Part shown: positions 29,656-44,436 of the stretch, piece after piece | Numbering within the stretch: position 1 is the stretch's first letter | Layout of the letters: every line of letters starts with the position of its first letter | Assembly (NCBI GenBank): GCA_964016885.1 | Contig: OZ024742.1 | Location: 126,666,001-126,730,000, forward strand | DNA length: 64,000 bases | From: Eledone cirrhosa | Taxonomy: Eukaryota | Direction of reading: 5' to 3' | Made by a program: the position numbers and the translations under genes | Notes under the pieces: generated by a model | Seen by the model: only the letters and a program-made list of their open reading frames with translations | The model's database searches: none | What the model was told of the DNA's origin: nothing

Positions 29656-32642
29656 TCTACATGTATGTGCGGGGACATGGAAATACATGGTTTGGTGTTC
29701 GACCGCGTGGTTAGTCCACCGATTGTGAAATACTCCTAGTTCTCCTTAGGGGAAGGAAAACTCTGATGTAAAACTTCGATGGCAACGAATGATGTTGATT
29801 TGAGAAAGAAATGTGTAACGCTTTCAACAGGAACGACTCCCCCCACCACTCAACTGAGATGCCTTAATTCACTTAATAAAATCAACAGTTATGACTGAGA
29901 AGTAAATATACAGAAGACTAGCGAAGAAGAGATTGTTCGCACCTAATAACAGCTACAATATGCTACACATGTAGAAATAAAAATGGGTTCTGTAGTTACC
30001 ATAGTTGAAAAAAAAAAAGGTGTCGAATTATTATCATCACTTTTCTTTTACCTTAGTCAGTAGTCAGAATTATATTTCTAGAACCGTTTATAAGTGTACT
30101 TTTGATTATTGTTTACAGAAAGGATTCCCATTCTCTGTTTTATATCAGCCCGAGACAAGATAAACATAATATTTCTCTATAGACTCCACAAGGGAAGCTG
30201 AGTTCTGGTGAAATTTAATACAGATACAAGACAACCTCAAAAGAATTCTAACCACACAGGTATTGAAACCTTAAAAATATAACAATCGTGCACCAAACTG
30301 AAATGTTAACTTAACTGAGAAAAAAAAAAAAAAAAAAAATAGAAAGACCTAAATTGATATTTCCCGATGGACTTGTTATAATTAACTTACTTTGACTCCT
30401 TATCTCTCCCAAAATACGTCATTTGTTTTTCTAGTGAGCAGAATATAACTAAAAAAAAAAAATTAAAAAAAAAAAAAAAAAGCGTTCAGAACTTCAATAG
30501 ATCTGCTATGCCATGGGCACTTAACTCTTGTTGGAGTCGTAGGGGCACCCTAGTGATCTGGGCGTACTTTGAACCTTTAAACCTGGTGGAGGAGCCACCT
30601 CTTTCCATGTCTACACAGCAAATTTTTTTCCAGAGAAAGGGAGAGTGAGAAGGAGATATAAATGATGGATCAAACTCTGTACTGGTACTTTATTTATTGA
30701 CATAGAAACAGATGATGTGCAAAATTGACTTCGGCAAGATTTAAACTCAGAATGAAGTGAGCCGGAAAAATAAATCTGGCATTTATAATACGACGCCCTT
30801 ATTGAATCTGCCAATTCACAGAATTGCTTTCTTAGTACGCAGAATATAACTAAGAAGGAAACATTCATAGTTTACAATTTCAACACTATACAGTGAATAT
30901 GAGGAGTGACAGTTATAAGGTTCTCGAGAAGTTATAAATAAAATGTCTTATTTTATATATGACTAAGAATTGTGAGAGTGGTATTTATTCTGGGTTTAAA
31001 CCCTATCATCGTTTACTTGGATGGTAGGCTTAATTCATTTCCTGATTTAACATCCATATGCTCCCAAAATCCAACCTACCCCTTAATCATCATTACCTCA
31101 CAGAGGAAGGCTATACGTGGTCATTCGAGCTGTTAGAAATAGAAGTCTCTCTCAAAACACAAAGAACGGTTTTGTTTGGAAAGAAGGTAGGACATATTGG
31201 ATGAAATAAACTCAGGATTGTCAGGGTGGAATACCTTTGATTTTAATCCCGCTCGAACAGGATTGACATAGAGCTAAATAACAACGGCTGAATTAAACTG
31301 AAGAATACTAAAAAGGAGCATGAAGGATGAATTCAATAAAAAGAGTACAGGGACCATGACTCTTTAGCGAGAACTGTCGTAGGAACCGTCTTAAATGTCA
31401 TGCCCAGCTTTGGCTGTCTTTCAGAAAGAGGTGATCATTTTCGTAACAGTTCGCAGAGTCTAATACTGTGACACCATCTAGCCTGACGGCAGCCAGATGA
31501 CATTTTGGTCCCTTTAAACCCTGTCAGTGTGTCACTCTAACTTTTTTTTCTTCTGCGATATTGAAGCAAAAGAAAATAAGCAAGGCAAAACTAGAGTCAG
31601 TTTTGAAATGGTGTGACATTGTGCAGCTTAATAAAAGACGTAAGAAAATTTAGGACGGAAAAGAAAAAAAGGCAAAACTTTGTGAACCAAAATAATCATT
31701 CAAGTTTACCTCGTTATGTCAGTCAGTACGAGCTCCTAATTTAATTAAAGGTCTCAACTAGAAAACACACAGACCTTGTTATTTTGTAATAGTACCTTAC
31801 ATTTTAATATCAGCGATGGCGTGTACGTTCTACCATTTGGAACTGTTAGTAACCATATATCACTAACATTTGGATATCAAAGTTATAAAGTAAAATAACA
31901 AAATTAATCTGAATATAATATTAGTAAACAACGTAGTGAAAGCAAGGCAGTTAATATCACTGAACTCTCACAGTAGCACGACGGCAACTGTTGTTAACAC
32001 AGCAAAATATGTCTACGTTAGTTGTCCTGGATACTTGCGCACTAAATTCGAATCCCACCGAGGTCAACTTTGCTCCTCAGAGTTAATAAACAAAGTACCA
32101 GTTTAGGACAGTGGATTATCGGAATAGTTTGAGCATCGGAGAAATATTGGGGATCTTTGCTTTCTGTGTTCAAATCCAACTGTGGTTTACTTGGATAGTA
32201 GATTCCATAAGTCATTCAGTTTAACATCACACCTTGCATCTGGGTGCTTTTAGTGTAGTCAAATTTATGGCAATAATTCGGATAGAGACTTTTAGAAGAC
32301 TTTTTTTAAAGTCCCCAGAGAAAGGTCATGGGTCTTGTCATTTTCTCCTTGACTTAGTGAAAAAAAAAAAGCCATCTCAATATCGATACCATATCAAATA
32401 TATTCCATAATGCCTTTAAACTTCTAAGCCAGGAAATGTGTTTAAACTAAGCCAGCTTAAATGATACTGATAATTCAACTGAATCTTAGCATTGCAAGCT
32501 AAAAGAAACTTTTGTCGATTATATAGTGTTTCCGCTATTTGCAATACCGAAATTGAGAAACATGTTACCTATATACCAGGTAGAAAGGATTAATAGGTGT
32601 ACAAAGTTTGGCAACTGATCAGACAGACTTGAATATATTATA

Positions 32643-32682
32643 CAATGCTGATGAGGTCTAATAAATCGAAATATATCCATTG
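32643..32682 (+). ncRNA. 40-nt minimal type I hammerhead ribozyme
   Basis: CAATG-CTGATGA-GGTCTAATAAATC-GAAA-TATA-TC-CATTG; core intact, perfect 5-bp stem I. Confidence 0.8.
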
Positions 32683-33126
32683 AGGCCAGTAAACGAATGT
32701 CAAGCTTCCTTCTCCTAAGTACACATTTATGTACTAAACACACACATATATATTTATATATAGTATATATACATATGTATGTATGCCTGTGTCTGTGCAT
32801 ACGTTTTCTATTTATGTCAAGTTACCTAGCAGCTCGACAAAAAGAGATCGATAAAATATGTACTAGACTGTAAAAATAATACTATGGTTAATATAATCAA
32901 ATAAATCGTTTGAAGGCAGTGTTCCAGCATGACCGCAGTCTAATAGCAGAAACAAGTAAAAGAATAAAAGAATTTATATATTACGTATACTAATATACGA
33001 AGAGAAACCCGAGAGAGAATTATAAGGAAAAATAGAATTCTGTTTCCCCTGGGAGACTGAAAAATGCCAAGGTACTCTGAACTTTACGTGTAAGTTAATA
33101 TATATGTATATGTATTCCCCCCCCCC

Positions 33127-33195
<69 letters not shown>

Positions 33196-33200
33196 GACTC

Positions 33201-33281
<81 letters not shown>

Positions 33282-33332
33282 TCTCTCTCTCTCTATATAT
33301 ATATATATAGACTCTCTCCCTCTCTCTCTTTG

Positions 33333-33570
33333 TCACACACACACACACACACACACACACATAAATATATATACGCACACTCGTACGTACACGTCAGTAC
33401 ACATACATATAGAGACCAAATATATGTGTGTGTTGTGTGTGTTTGTTTGTGTGTTTCGGCATAGCGGGGATGGAGAGAGAGAGAGGAGGAGGGGGGGGGG
33501 GCGTGAATGAAGGAGAGAAATAAAATAAAAGTGTGTATCTGTGTTTATATGTGCATATATATATATATGT

Positions 33571-33609
<39 letters not shown>

Positions 33610-33819
33610 TATATATATACGCACACTCGTACGTACACGTCAGTACACATACATATAGAGACCAAATATATGTGTGTGTTGTGTGTGTTTGTTTGTGTGT
33701 TTCGGCATAGCGGGGATGGAGAGAGAGAGAGGAGGAGGAGGGGGGGGGGGCGTGAATGAAGGAGAGAAATAAAATAAAAGTGTGTATCTGTGTTTATATG
33801 TGCATATATATATATATGT

Positions 33820-33858
<39 letters not shown>

Positions 33859-34042
33859 TATATATATACGCACACTCGTACGTACACGTCAGTACACATA
33901 CATATAGAGACCAAATATATGTGTGTGTTGTGTGTGTTTGTTTGTGTGTTTCGGCATAGCGGGGATGGAGAGAGAGAGAGAGAGAGGGGGAGGGAGTGAA
34001 TGAAGGAGAGAAATAAAATAAAAGTGTGTATCTGTGTTTATA

Positions 34043-34084
<42 letters not shown>

Positions 34085-34095
34085 CACACACACAT
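33333..34095. repeat. Three tandem copies of an about 248-bp microsatellite-mosaic unit
   Basis: GCACACTCGTACGTACACGTCAG and TTCGGCATAGCGGGGATGG each recur three times. Confidence 0.95.
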
Positions 34096-34376
34096 ATGTA
34101 AGGTATTGCATTGAAACAGGATTATATGAAGTATATAAATGTATGCACAGCTAAGCATGTGTCAGTCCAATTATGCATATATACATACATGTGAGTGTGT
34201 GTGTGCATCTATGAGTGAATCTAATTATATGCATGTAAGCATTTAAGTAGTATGAATGAATGAATGTGTAAGTATAGCTGTATATAGTTATATGTTAAGT
34301 ATGTGTAGTAAAACTATACGTGTGTTTGTGTGTGTGTTAGTAAGACCATATGGATGTAACTGTGCACGTTCAGTGC

Positions 34377-34379
<3 letters not shown>

Positions 34380-34422
<43 letters not shown>

Positions 34423-34449
34423 TATATATATATATATATATACATATAC

Positions 34450-34480
<31 letters not shown>

Positions 34481-34481
34481 C

Positions 34482-34512
<31 letters not shown>

Positions 34513-34527
34513 CATATATACATATAC

Positions 34528-34626
<99 letters not shown>

Positions 34627-34691
34627 CATATACATATATATATATACATATATATATATACATATACATATATATACACACATATATATAT

Positions 34692-34728
<37 letters not shown>

Positions 34729-34733
34729 TATAT

Positions 34734-34788
<55 letters not shown>

Positions 34789-34868
34789 CATATATATACA
34801 TATATATATATTTTAGTGTACATAATATATATATAATATACATATATAATATACATATATATATATAT
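34380..34868. repeat. (TA)n/(TACA)n microsatellite
   Basis: Direct reading. Confidence 0.95.
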
Positions 34869-35063
34869 AACGAAGGAAATTTGGTAAGGAACCAGGTGGA
34901 CCATAACGCACCAACGTACTCAATACTTAGAGTAGTAGAGTGGGTAATAGGAACGAGTAGGACCCCGACGGCTGAGCTCAAGCCGTTTCGACGGCTAATT
35001 CTGGACCAAAATTAGCCGTCGAAACGGCTTGAGCTCAGCCGTCGGGGTCCTACTCGTTCCTAT
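34869..35063 (-). mobile_element. Young fold-back element with hammerhead 3' half
   Basis: Perfect 54-bp arms 34947-35000 / 35010-35063; each has GAAA-CGGCT(TGAGCTC)AGCCG-TC; (TA)n on both sides. Confidence 0.85.
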
Positions 35064-35109
35064 ATATATATATATATATATAACATATATATATAACATA
35101 TATATATAT

Positions 35110-35273
35110 AATTGTTTCTACTTTTGGCAGAAGGCCAGCAATTACCCAGTAATTTATCGACCCGGTAAGGATGAAAGGCAAAGTTAACCTCGACGGGATT
35201 TGAACTCAGACCGTAAAGGGACGTAACTATGCTGGAAAGCATGGTGTCCGACCCTCTACAGATACTGCCAATT
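35110..35273 (-). mobile_element. SINE family A
   Basis: Similarity to the family. Confidence 0.85.
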
Positions 35274-35339
35274 CAATATATATAATATATATATATATAA
35301 AATATATATATATATAATATATATATATATAAAATAAAA

Positions 35340-35532
35340 GGCGCGTGGCTGAGTGAGTGGTTAGAGAATTAGATTCGCAATCATGAGGTTGTGAGTTCGA
35401 TTCCCGGATCGGGCAAGACACTTTCACATTGCTCCTTCTACCTGGAGTTGCGACCGATAGAGAGTATTAGCAATTAGAAAGACCAATGGAAACATTGTTT
35501 CCTCGGTCCGATTCGACGAAAGTCGATCGACT
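35340..35532 (+). mobile_element. SINE family B
   Basis: Head, B-box and tail shared with 14955 and 58920. Confidence 0.85.
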
Positions 35533-35581
35533 GTCGATATATAAAATATATGTATACATATATATAAATATACATACATAC

Positions 35582-35672
<91 letters not shown>

Positions 35673-36808
35673 AGCGTTTATTTCGGTGTGTTGGTGTATG
35701 TGTGTCCTAGTTTACGACACTATTTCCGTATGGTTGCTGTTATGTGCACGAGCGCGCCTGTGGGTATGTGCGTGTGGGTGTGGTGTGTGTGTATGTGTGT
35801 GAATGCGTTATTGTAAACGTGCTTGTGTCAATGCACGCTGGTCTGCGCATGCGTTTGCACGCTGAAAATCACGAGACCCCCCCGTCACCGACATCTTCTT
35901 ATTTCGTTGTCTCCCCCCCCCCTCTCAACATCATCATCATCATCATCAACATCATCAGCTATCGATGGAACTTGTATGCAGTCATTCGATTTGCTAGAAA
36001 TAGCAGCCAGAACCGTCGTCCTAAATGTGGAATGACACTAGATACTATAGCTATAGATATGGATGGTCACTGTTGGAATGTGTTTCGTTGATGATTGGCA
36101 TGATCACGGTGGACCTGTGGCTATATAACAACAACTACTACTACTACAGCTGTGTCTACTACTAATACTAGTGCTGCCACCGCCATCAACACCACCATCT
36201 CGGCTGCGACTACTACTACTACTGCTGCTGCTGTTATTGCTACTACTACTGCTGCTGCTGCTGTTGCTGTTACTACTACTGCTACTACTGCTGCTGTTAC
36301 TACTACTACTACTACTACTACTATTTTATGTGATGGGTGTGTTATATAGTGTTGACACAATAACTGGTAGTAGTAGTAGTAGTAGTGGTTGTCTTTGTGA
36401 TAATAGTGATGGCAGTGGTGAGGAATAGAGTTGCGGTGCTAGTAGTAGTTGCATGGGAACACTGGCAGATATCGCTATGGGAGATGTTGTGGTATACTGA
36501 GAGAGAGGGTGGGGGAGGAGATGGGGAGAGGGAGGAGAGAAGGGGAGAGAGAGATAGGAGAGACAGAGGGATAGGAAAGAGAGGAGAGAGATATAGAGAC
36601 ATAGAGAGAGAGGGGTGAGAGAGAGACAGAGAGAAAGGGGGGGGGGAGATGTATGTATGAATATATATACACATATATGTTTGTTTGTCTTTCTCTCTTT
36701 TTCCATCTCCATACACACACTCATGTATGTATGTATGTATGTTTTCTCTTTCTCTTAATTTCGAGTATATTATTTTGACCGGCCACCTTCCTGGTGGCAA
36801 GGTTGTAA

Positions 36809-37308
<500 letters not shown>

Positions 37309-37774
37309 TGTATGTATGCATGCATGCATGTATGTATGTATGTATGTATGTATGTATGTATGTATGTATGTATGTATGTATGTATGTATGTATGTATGTA
37401 TGTATGTATGTATGCATGCATATGTATGTATGCATATGTATGTATGTATGTATGTATGCATGTATGTATATGTATGTATGTATGTATGCATGTATGCATG
37501 TATGTATCTATGTATGTGTGTGTGTGTGTCAGTATATGTATGTATGCATGTATGTATGTGAGGAGTGAGAGAGAGATAGAGATAGTTATATTATGATGGT
37601 GGTGGTGTTGGTGTTGATGAAAGCAGTAGTAACGGTAAGATCAAAGGGATGGAATTATTCAGCTAGAAATGGTCTTTGTGGTTGTTTAACCCCGGGTCAG
37701 TTCTGGCTGTATAGACCTAGGATCAAGATTTTCCTGCCATGACCATCACATCATATTTATAGATAATATATATA

Positions 37775-38112
37775 CAGTTATCCCTCGGTATTCGCGGGGT
37801 CTGCTCAGAGAGCACCCGCGAAGAGTGGAAAAACCGCGAATATTGGATGCAGTCCAGAAAAATGCCTATAAACGTCAAAACATAACGTAAAATATAGGCC
37901 GGCAAATACGGTATCTTAACTATAATATTAGTAATAATTTAGCGTTAAAAAGCGTGAAAAAATATCTATTGCCAACGATAAAAAACCATACAAAAATTGC
38001 AGAAGATATTTATGATTCCGCGAATATGTGGTGGTTTCCGCGAACAATAATTAGTTAGGTTCTAAGAAAAATTCCGCGAATAACCGGTACCACCAATGCC
38101 GGGGCTACACTG
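37775..38112. mobile_element. pogo/Tigger-type MITE
   Basis: TA-CAGT...CCCTCGGTATTCGCGG start, CGGGGCTACACTG-TA end, internal CCGCGAA repeats. Confidence 0.75.
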
Positions 38113-38211
38113 TACGTATATATGACTATGACTATATCATTAAAAAACAGGGTTTGAAGAGATTTGATAGCTATTTGTTGCACGTTGATCTATATCAATG
38201 GCGGACATTAC

Positions 38212-38322
38212 GTTAGTAGTAGTAGTAGTAGTAGTGATGCGAGTGGTATTGGTTGTAGTAGTTGTAGTAGTAACAGTAGTAGTGATGCGAGTGGTACTGG
38301 TTGTAGTAGTTGTAGTAGTAAC

Positions 38323-38362
<40 letters not shown>

Positions 38363-38389
38363 AAAGTAGTGATGTCAGTGATATTGGTT

Positions 38390-38431
<42 letters not shown>

Positions 38432-39118
38432 AAAATAGGAGATCTTTGTTGTACTAGTTTTAGTAATAGTAGTAGTATATTTGTAATATTGGTTGCAGTG
38501 CTGGCGGTAGTAATAGTCTTATTTTTGCAGCATTGATTGTCATAGTAGTGGTGGTAGTATATTTGTAGTATTGGTCGTATTAGTAGCAGTTGTAATAGTG
38601 TTGGTAGTGGTACTTGTGGTAGTAGCAGTAATAATATCTTTGTTGTATTGGTTGTTGTAGTTGTGGTAGTGTCTTTGATGTATTGTTGTGGTAGTGTATT
38701 GGTAATATTAGTTGTGGTAATAGTAGTGGTATTGAATTTCTAATAATTGTGATAGTAGTAATTTGTAGTATTGGTTGTGGTTGAAGTAGTGGTAGTGTAT
38801 GTAATAATAGTTGTGGTAGTAGAAGAAGTAATAGTGGTAGTCGTGGTTTCTTTTGTAGTATTGTTGCAGTAGTAGTAGTAGTAGTGTCTTTGTAGTATTG
38901 GTTGTGGTTGAAGTAGTGGTAGTGTATGTAATAATAGTTGTGGTAGTAGAAGAAGTAATAGTGGTAGTCGTGGTTTCTTTTGTAGTATTGTTGCAGTAGT
39001 AGTAGTAGTGTCTTTGTAGTATTGGTTGTGGTTGAAGTAGTGGTAGTGTATGTAATAATAGTTGTGGTAGTAGAAGAAGTAATAGTGGTAGTCATGGTTT
39101 CTTTTGTAGTATTGTTGC

Positions 39119-39152
<34 letters not shown>

Positions 39153-39310
39153 TCTTTGTTGTATTGGTTGTGGTAGTAGTACTAGTAATATATTTGTTGT
39201 ATTGGCTGGGTAGTGGTAATGCTAGTGTCTGTAGTATCAATGTGGTAGTAGTATTAGTGTCTTTGTCGTATTGGTTGCAGTAGTAGTATTTTTGAAGTAT
39301 TGGTTGTTGT
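38212..39310. repeat. Degenerate (AGT)n tract containing three tandem copies of an about 120-bp unit (38760-39150)
   Basis: GTAGTATTGGTTGTGGTTGAAGTAGTGG and AGAAGAAGTAATAGTGG recur three times. Confidence 0.9.
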
Positions 39311-39316
39311 AATAAT

Positions 39317-39763
39317 AATTGTTTCTACGTTTGGCACAAGGCCAGCAATTACCCAGTACATTACTGGTACTTTATTTTATCGACCCCATAAGGATAAAAG
39401 GCAAAGTTAACCTCGGCGGGATTTGAACTCAGAATGGCAAGGGCCGTAACTCTATACGTCAAAGCATGATGTCCGACCCTCTACCGATACTGCCAATCCA
39501 CCGCCCTGTAATAATTGTTTCTACTTTTGGCACCAGGCCAGCAATTACCCCACTGCATTACTGGTACTTTATTTTATCGACCCAGTAAGGATGAAAGGCA
39601 AAGTTAACCTCGGCGGGATTTGAACTTAGATCATAAAGGGAGGTAACTCTATGCTTCAATGCATGGCGTCCGACCCTCTACCGATACTGCCAGTGTCTTT
39701 GTGGTATTAGTTGTATCTTTGTAGTATTGGCTGTGGTAGTAGGAGCATCTTTGAAGCATTTGT

Positions 39764-39825
<62 letters not shown>

Positions 39826-40050
39826 TAGTAGTAGTAGTAGTAATGGTTTTTGATTTAGGCACAAAGCCAATAATTTTTTGGAGAAGGAAAAGTCGATTAA
39901 ATCGACCCCAGTACATTACTGGGACTTAATTTATCGACCCCGTAAGGATAAAAGGCAAAGCTAACCTCGGCTGAATTTGAACACAGAACATAAAGGGCCG
40001 TAACTCAATGCTACAAAGCATGTTGTCCGACGCTCTACTGATACTGGCAA
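39317..40050 (-). mobile_element. Three co-oriented SINE family A copies
   Basis: 39317-39506, 39512-39692, 39845-40050. Confidence 0.9.
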
Positions 40051-40330
40051 TAGTAGTGATAATAGTAGTGTCGTTGTAATATTTATTGGGGTTAAGTTGG
40101 AATGTGATTTATACTGTAGCTGATGGTGTTGTTGTTTAACCCCAGGTCAGCCCTAATTGAGTAGACATATGATCATATACATTCCACACATGACTCTCCC
40201 GTCTATTTAGATGTATACTGTTCTCCATTATCCAAAATGTCCTCTACTTGGTGGTCCTAGGAATCTGGAGTCGTAAAGGTACAGTCCTGATATATGGCCT
40301 GAGAACAGAGCTGATTATTGAGACAAGGAA

Positions 40331-40550
40331 GGGCGGTGGATTGGCTGTATCGGTAGAGCACAGGACACCATGCTTAGCGGCATAGAGTTACCGCCCTTTG
40401 CGTTCTGTGCTCAACCTCCGCCGAGGTTAAACTTTGCATTTCATCCTTCGAGGTCGATAAAATAAAATATCAGTAATGCACTGAGGTCGATTTATCGACT
40501 TTCCCTTCCCTCATCAAATTGTTGGCCTCTTGGCTAAATCAGAAACCATT
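40331..40550 (+). mobile_element. SINE family A (long-tail variant)
   Basis: GGGCGGTGGATTGGC head and family body. Confidence 0.85.
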
Positions 40551-40589
40551 ATTGAGACAGAGAGTGGGGAGCGGGGGATATGATGGTAA

Positions 40590-42981
40590 TATGGTGGTTG
40601 ATGGTAGTGGTGGTTGGTGGTAGTGGTGGTTGATGGTAGTGGTGGTTGATGGTAGTGGTGGTTGGTGGTAGTGGTGGTTGATGGTAGTGGTGGTTGATGG
40701 TAGTGGTGGTTGGTGGTAGTGGTGGTTGATGGTAGTGGTGGTTGGTGGTAGTGGTGGTTGGTGGTAGTGGTGGTTGGTGGTAGTGGTGGTTGATGGTAGT
40801 GGTGGTTGATGGTAGTGGTGGTTGGTAGTAGTGGTGGTTGATGGTAGTGGTGGTTGGTGGTAGTGGTGGTTGATGGTAGTGGTGGTTGGTGGTAGTGGTG
40901 GTTGGTGGTAGTGGTGGTTGGTAGTAAGGGTGGTTGGTGGTAGTGGTGGTTGATGGTAGTGGTGGTTGATGGTAGTGGTGGTTGATGGTAGTGGTGGTTG
41001 GTAGTAGTGGTGGTTGATGGTAGTGGTGGTTGGTGGTAGTGGTGGTTGATGGTAGTGGTGGTTGGTGGTAGTGGTGGTTGGTGGTAGTGGTGGTTGGTAG
41101 TAGTGGTGGTTGGTGGTAGTGGTGGTTGGTAGTAGTGGTGGTTGGTGGTAGTGGTGGTTGGTAGTAGTGGTGGTTGATGGTAGTGGTGGTTGGTAGTAGT
41201 GGTGGTTGGTGGTAGTGGTGGTTGATGGTAGTGGTGGTTGATGGTAGTGGTGGTTGGTAGTAGTGGTGGTTGGTGGTAGTGGTGGTTGATGGTAGTGGTG
41301 GTTGATGGTAGTGGTGGTTGATGGTAGTGGTGGTTGATGGTAGTGGTGGTTGATGGTAGTGGTGGTTGGTGGTAGTGGTGGTTGGTGGTAGTGGTGGTTG
41401 GTGGTAGTGGTGGTTGGTGGTAGTGGTGGTTGGTGGTAGTGGTGGTTGATGGTAGTGGTGGTTGATGGTAGTGGTGGTTGGTGGTAGTGGTGGTTGATGG
41501 TAGTGGTGGTTGGTGGTAGTGGTGGTTGGTGGTAGTGGTGGTTGGTGGTAGTGGTGGTTGATGGTAGTGGTGGTTGATGGTAGTGGTGGTTGGTAGTAGT
41601 GGTGGTTGATGGTAGTGGTGGTTGGTAGTAGTGGTGGTTGATGGTAGTGGTGGCTGATGGTAGTGGTGGTTGATGGTAGTGGTGGTTGTTGGTAGTGGTG
41701 GTTGGTAGTAGTGGTGGTTGATGGTAGTGGTGGTTGGTGGTAGTGGTGGTTGGTGGTAGTGGTGGTTGGTGGTAGTGGTGGTTGATGGTAGTGGTGGTTG
41801 ATGGTAGTGGTGGTTGGTGGTAGTGGTGGTTGATGGTAGTGGTGGTTGGTGGTAGTGGTGGTTGGTGGTAGCGGTGGTTGGTGGTAGTGGTGGTTGATGG
41901 TAGTGGTGGTTGATGGTAGTGGTGGTTGGTAGTAGTGGTGGTTGATGGTAGTGGTGGTTGGTGGTAGTGGTGGTTGATGGTAGTGGTGGTTGGTGGTAGT
42001 GGTGGTTGGTGGTAGTGGTGGTTGGTAGTAAGGGTGGTTGGTGGTAGTGGTGGTTGGTGGTAGTGGTGGTTGGTGGTAGTGGTGGTTGGTAGTAGTGGTG
42101 GTTGATGGTAGTGGTGGTTGGTGGTAGTGGTGGTTGGTGGTAGTGGTGGTTGGTAGTAAGGGTGGTTGGTGGTAGTGGTGGTTGATGGTAGTGGTGGTTG
42201 ATGGTAGTGGTGGTTGATGGTAGTGGTGGTTGGTAGTAGTGGTGGTTGATGGTAGTGGTGGTTGGTGGTAGTGGTAGTTGATGGTAGTGGTGGTTGGTGG
42301 TAGTGGTGGTTGGTGGTAGTGGTGGTTGGTAGTAGTGGTGGTTGGTGGTAGTGGTGGTTGGTAGTAGTGGTGGTTGATGGTAGTGGTGGTTGGTAGTAGT
42401 GGTGGTTGATGGTAGTGGTGGTTGGTAGTAGTGGTGGTTGGTGGTAGTGGTGGTTGGTGGTAGTGGTGGTTGATGGTAGTGGTGGTTGATGGTAGTGGTG
42501 GTTGGTAGTAGTGGTGGTTGGTGGTAGTGGTGGTTGATGGTAGTGGTGGTTGATGGTAGTGGTGGTTGATGGTAGTGGTGGTTGGTGGTAGTGGTGGTTG
42601 GTGGTAGTGCTGGTTGGTGGTAGTGGTGGTTGATGGTAGTGGTGGTTGATGGAAGTGGTGGTTGGTGGTAGTGGTGGTTGATGGTAGTGGTGGTTGGTGG
42701 TAGTGGTGGTTGGTAGTAAGGGTGGTTGGTGGTAGTGGTGGTTGGTAGTAAGGGTGGTTGATGGTAGTGGTGGTTGATGGAAGTGGTGGTTGGTGGTAGT
42801 GGTGGTTGGTGGTAGTGGTGGTTGGTGGTAGTGGTGTTTGATGGTAGTGGTGGTTGATGGTAGTGGTGGTTGATGGAAGTGGTGGTTGGTGGTAGTGGTG
42901 GTTGGTGGTAGTGGTGGTTGGTGGTAGTGGTGGTTGATGGTAGTGGTGGTTGGTGGTAGTGGTGTTTGATGGTAGTGGTGG
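40590..42981. repeat. 16-bp minisatellite TAGTGGTGGTTG(A/G)T(G/A)G, about 150 copies
   Basis: Direct reading; unit length strictly kept. Confidence 0.98.
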
Positions 42982-43121
42982 TACTTAAGTTGTTGATGTT
43001 ATTGCATCATGTGATGATGGTACCGTCAGCTACAAACATTCAATTTCACACAAGGACAGCCGAATACATTCCAAACTGCAGATGTAAAAACATTACTAAA
43101 GGCATCAATGTTATATTATAA

Positions 43122-43196
<75 letters not shown>

Positions 43197-43617
43197 TGTG
43201 TGTGTGTGTGTGTGTGTGTGTATACATATACGCGCAGAGTAACGCAAACCCTACTTGGTTAACACCCACAATGCCAGCAAACAGATGTTGGTATATATAA
43301 AGAGAAAGAAAGAAGTAACTGTTTGAGCTTATTTCCTCTGTATTCAATATGTATGTATAATGGAAGGTGAGACGCTACGGCACCAATTGACTGTTGCAAA
43401 GGTCAGCAGTTCGCATTCACCCACCATTTCTACATCATTTATTGTGTTTCTTGTTAAAGACACTACATTCACTGTGGCTCAGTCTATTTAGCACCAATAG
43501 AATGTAACAGGAGAAAATATTGTTATTATATTGTATTAGGGTGGTGAATTTAATCGACCTCTCCCACCCCCAAAATTGTTGGCCTTTGCTTAAATCAGAA
43601 ACCATTACATTCTATTA

Positions 43618-43830
43618 GGGTGGTGAATTGGCAGTATTGGTAGAGTATCAGACAACATGCTTTACACCATATAGTTACATCCCTTTACGTTCTGAATTCA
43701 AAACACACAGCGTTCGCTTTGCCTTTCATCCTTACGGGGTTGATGAAGTAAAGTACCAGTAACGTACTGGGATGGATTCAATTGACTACCCATCCCAATT
43801 GTTGACCTGGTGCATGAATTAAAAACCATT
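43618..43830 (+). mobile_element. SINE family A
   Basis: Similarity to the family; an internally deleted copy lies just upstream (43538-43606). Confidence 0.8.
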
Positions 43831-43961
43831 ATATTTTATTAATCTTCGTTATACATCGAGTTTCAGTCAAAACACACGAAGAGACTAACGCACACACACC
43901 TATAATACATATAATACATATATATATATATACACATATAATACATATAAATGAATATATA

Positions 43962-44005
<44 letters not shown>

Positions 44006-44011
<6 letters not shown>

Positions 44012-44436
44012 AAATTTCGCTCTACATGGCTGAATACAATAAATGTAATCTGAGTTTTTCTAATATTAATAATTGTTTCTACTTTAGGCACAAGGCCAGC
44101 AATTACCCAGTGCATTTATTTTATCGACCCCGCAAGGATGAAAGGCAAAGTCAACCTCGGCGGGATTTGAACTCAGATCGTAAATTAATAATAACATTCG
44201 ATTCGTTTGCAATTTTGCAAACAAGCCTCAATTTTATAGCCATGTCAGGAGAATGAACACTTCATTCTTGCTCTTATGTTGGCATAAAGTGTTTATTCTC
44301 CTAGGTTAACTTTGCCTTTCATCCTTACGGGGTCGATAAAATAAAGTACCAGTAATGTACTAGGTAATTGCTGGCCTTGAGCCAAACGTAGAAACAATTA
44401 TTAATATTCGAAAAACTCAGATTACATTTATTGTAT
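44006..44436. mobile_element. Fold-back element between (TA)n tracts with a SINE A 3' half in both arms
   Basis: Arms 44034-44157 / 44303-44436; inner hairpin 44247-44262 / 44287-44302. Confidence 0.8.

Noticed and set aside
40590-42981. CRISPR array or telomeric repeat
   Set aside because: No unique spacers, eukaryotic context, and the unit is not TTAGGG-like
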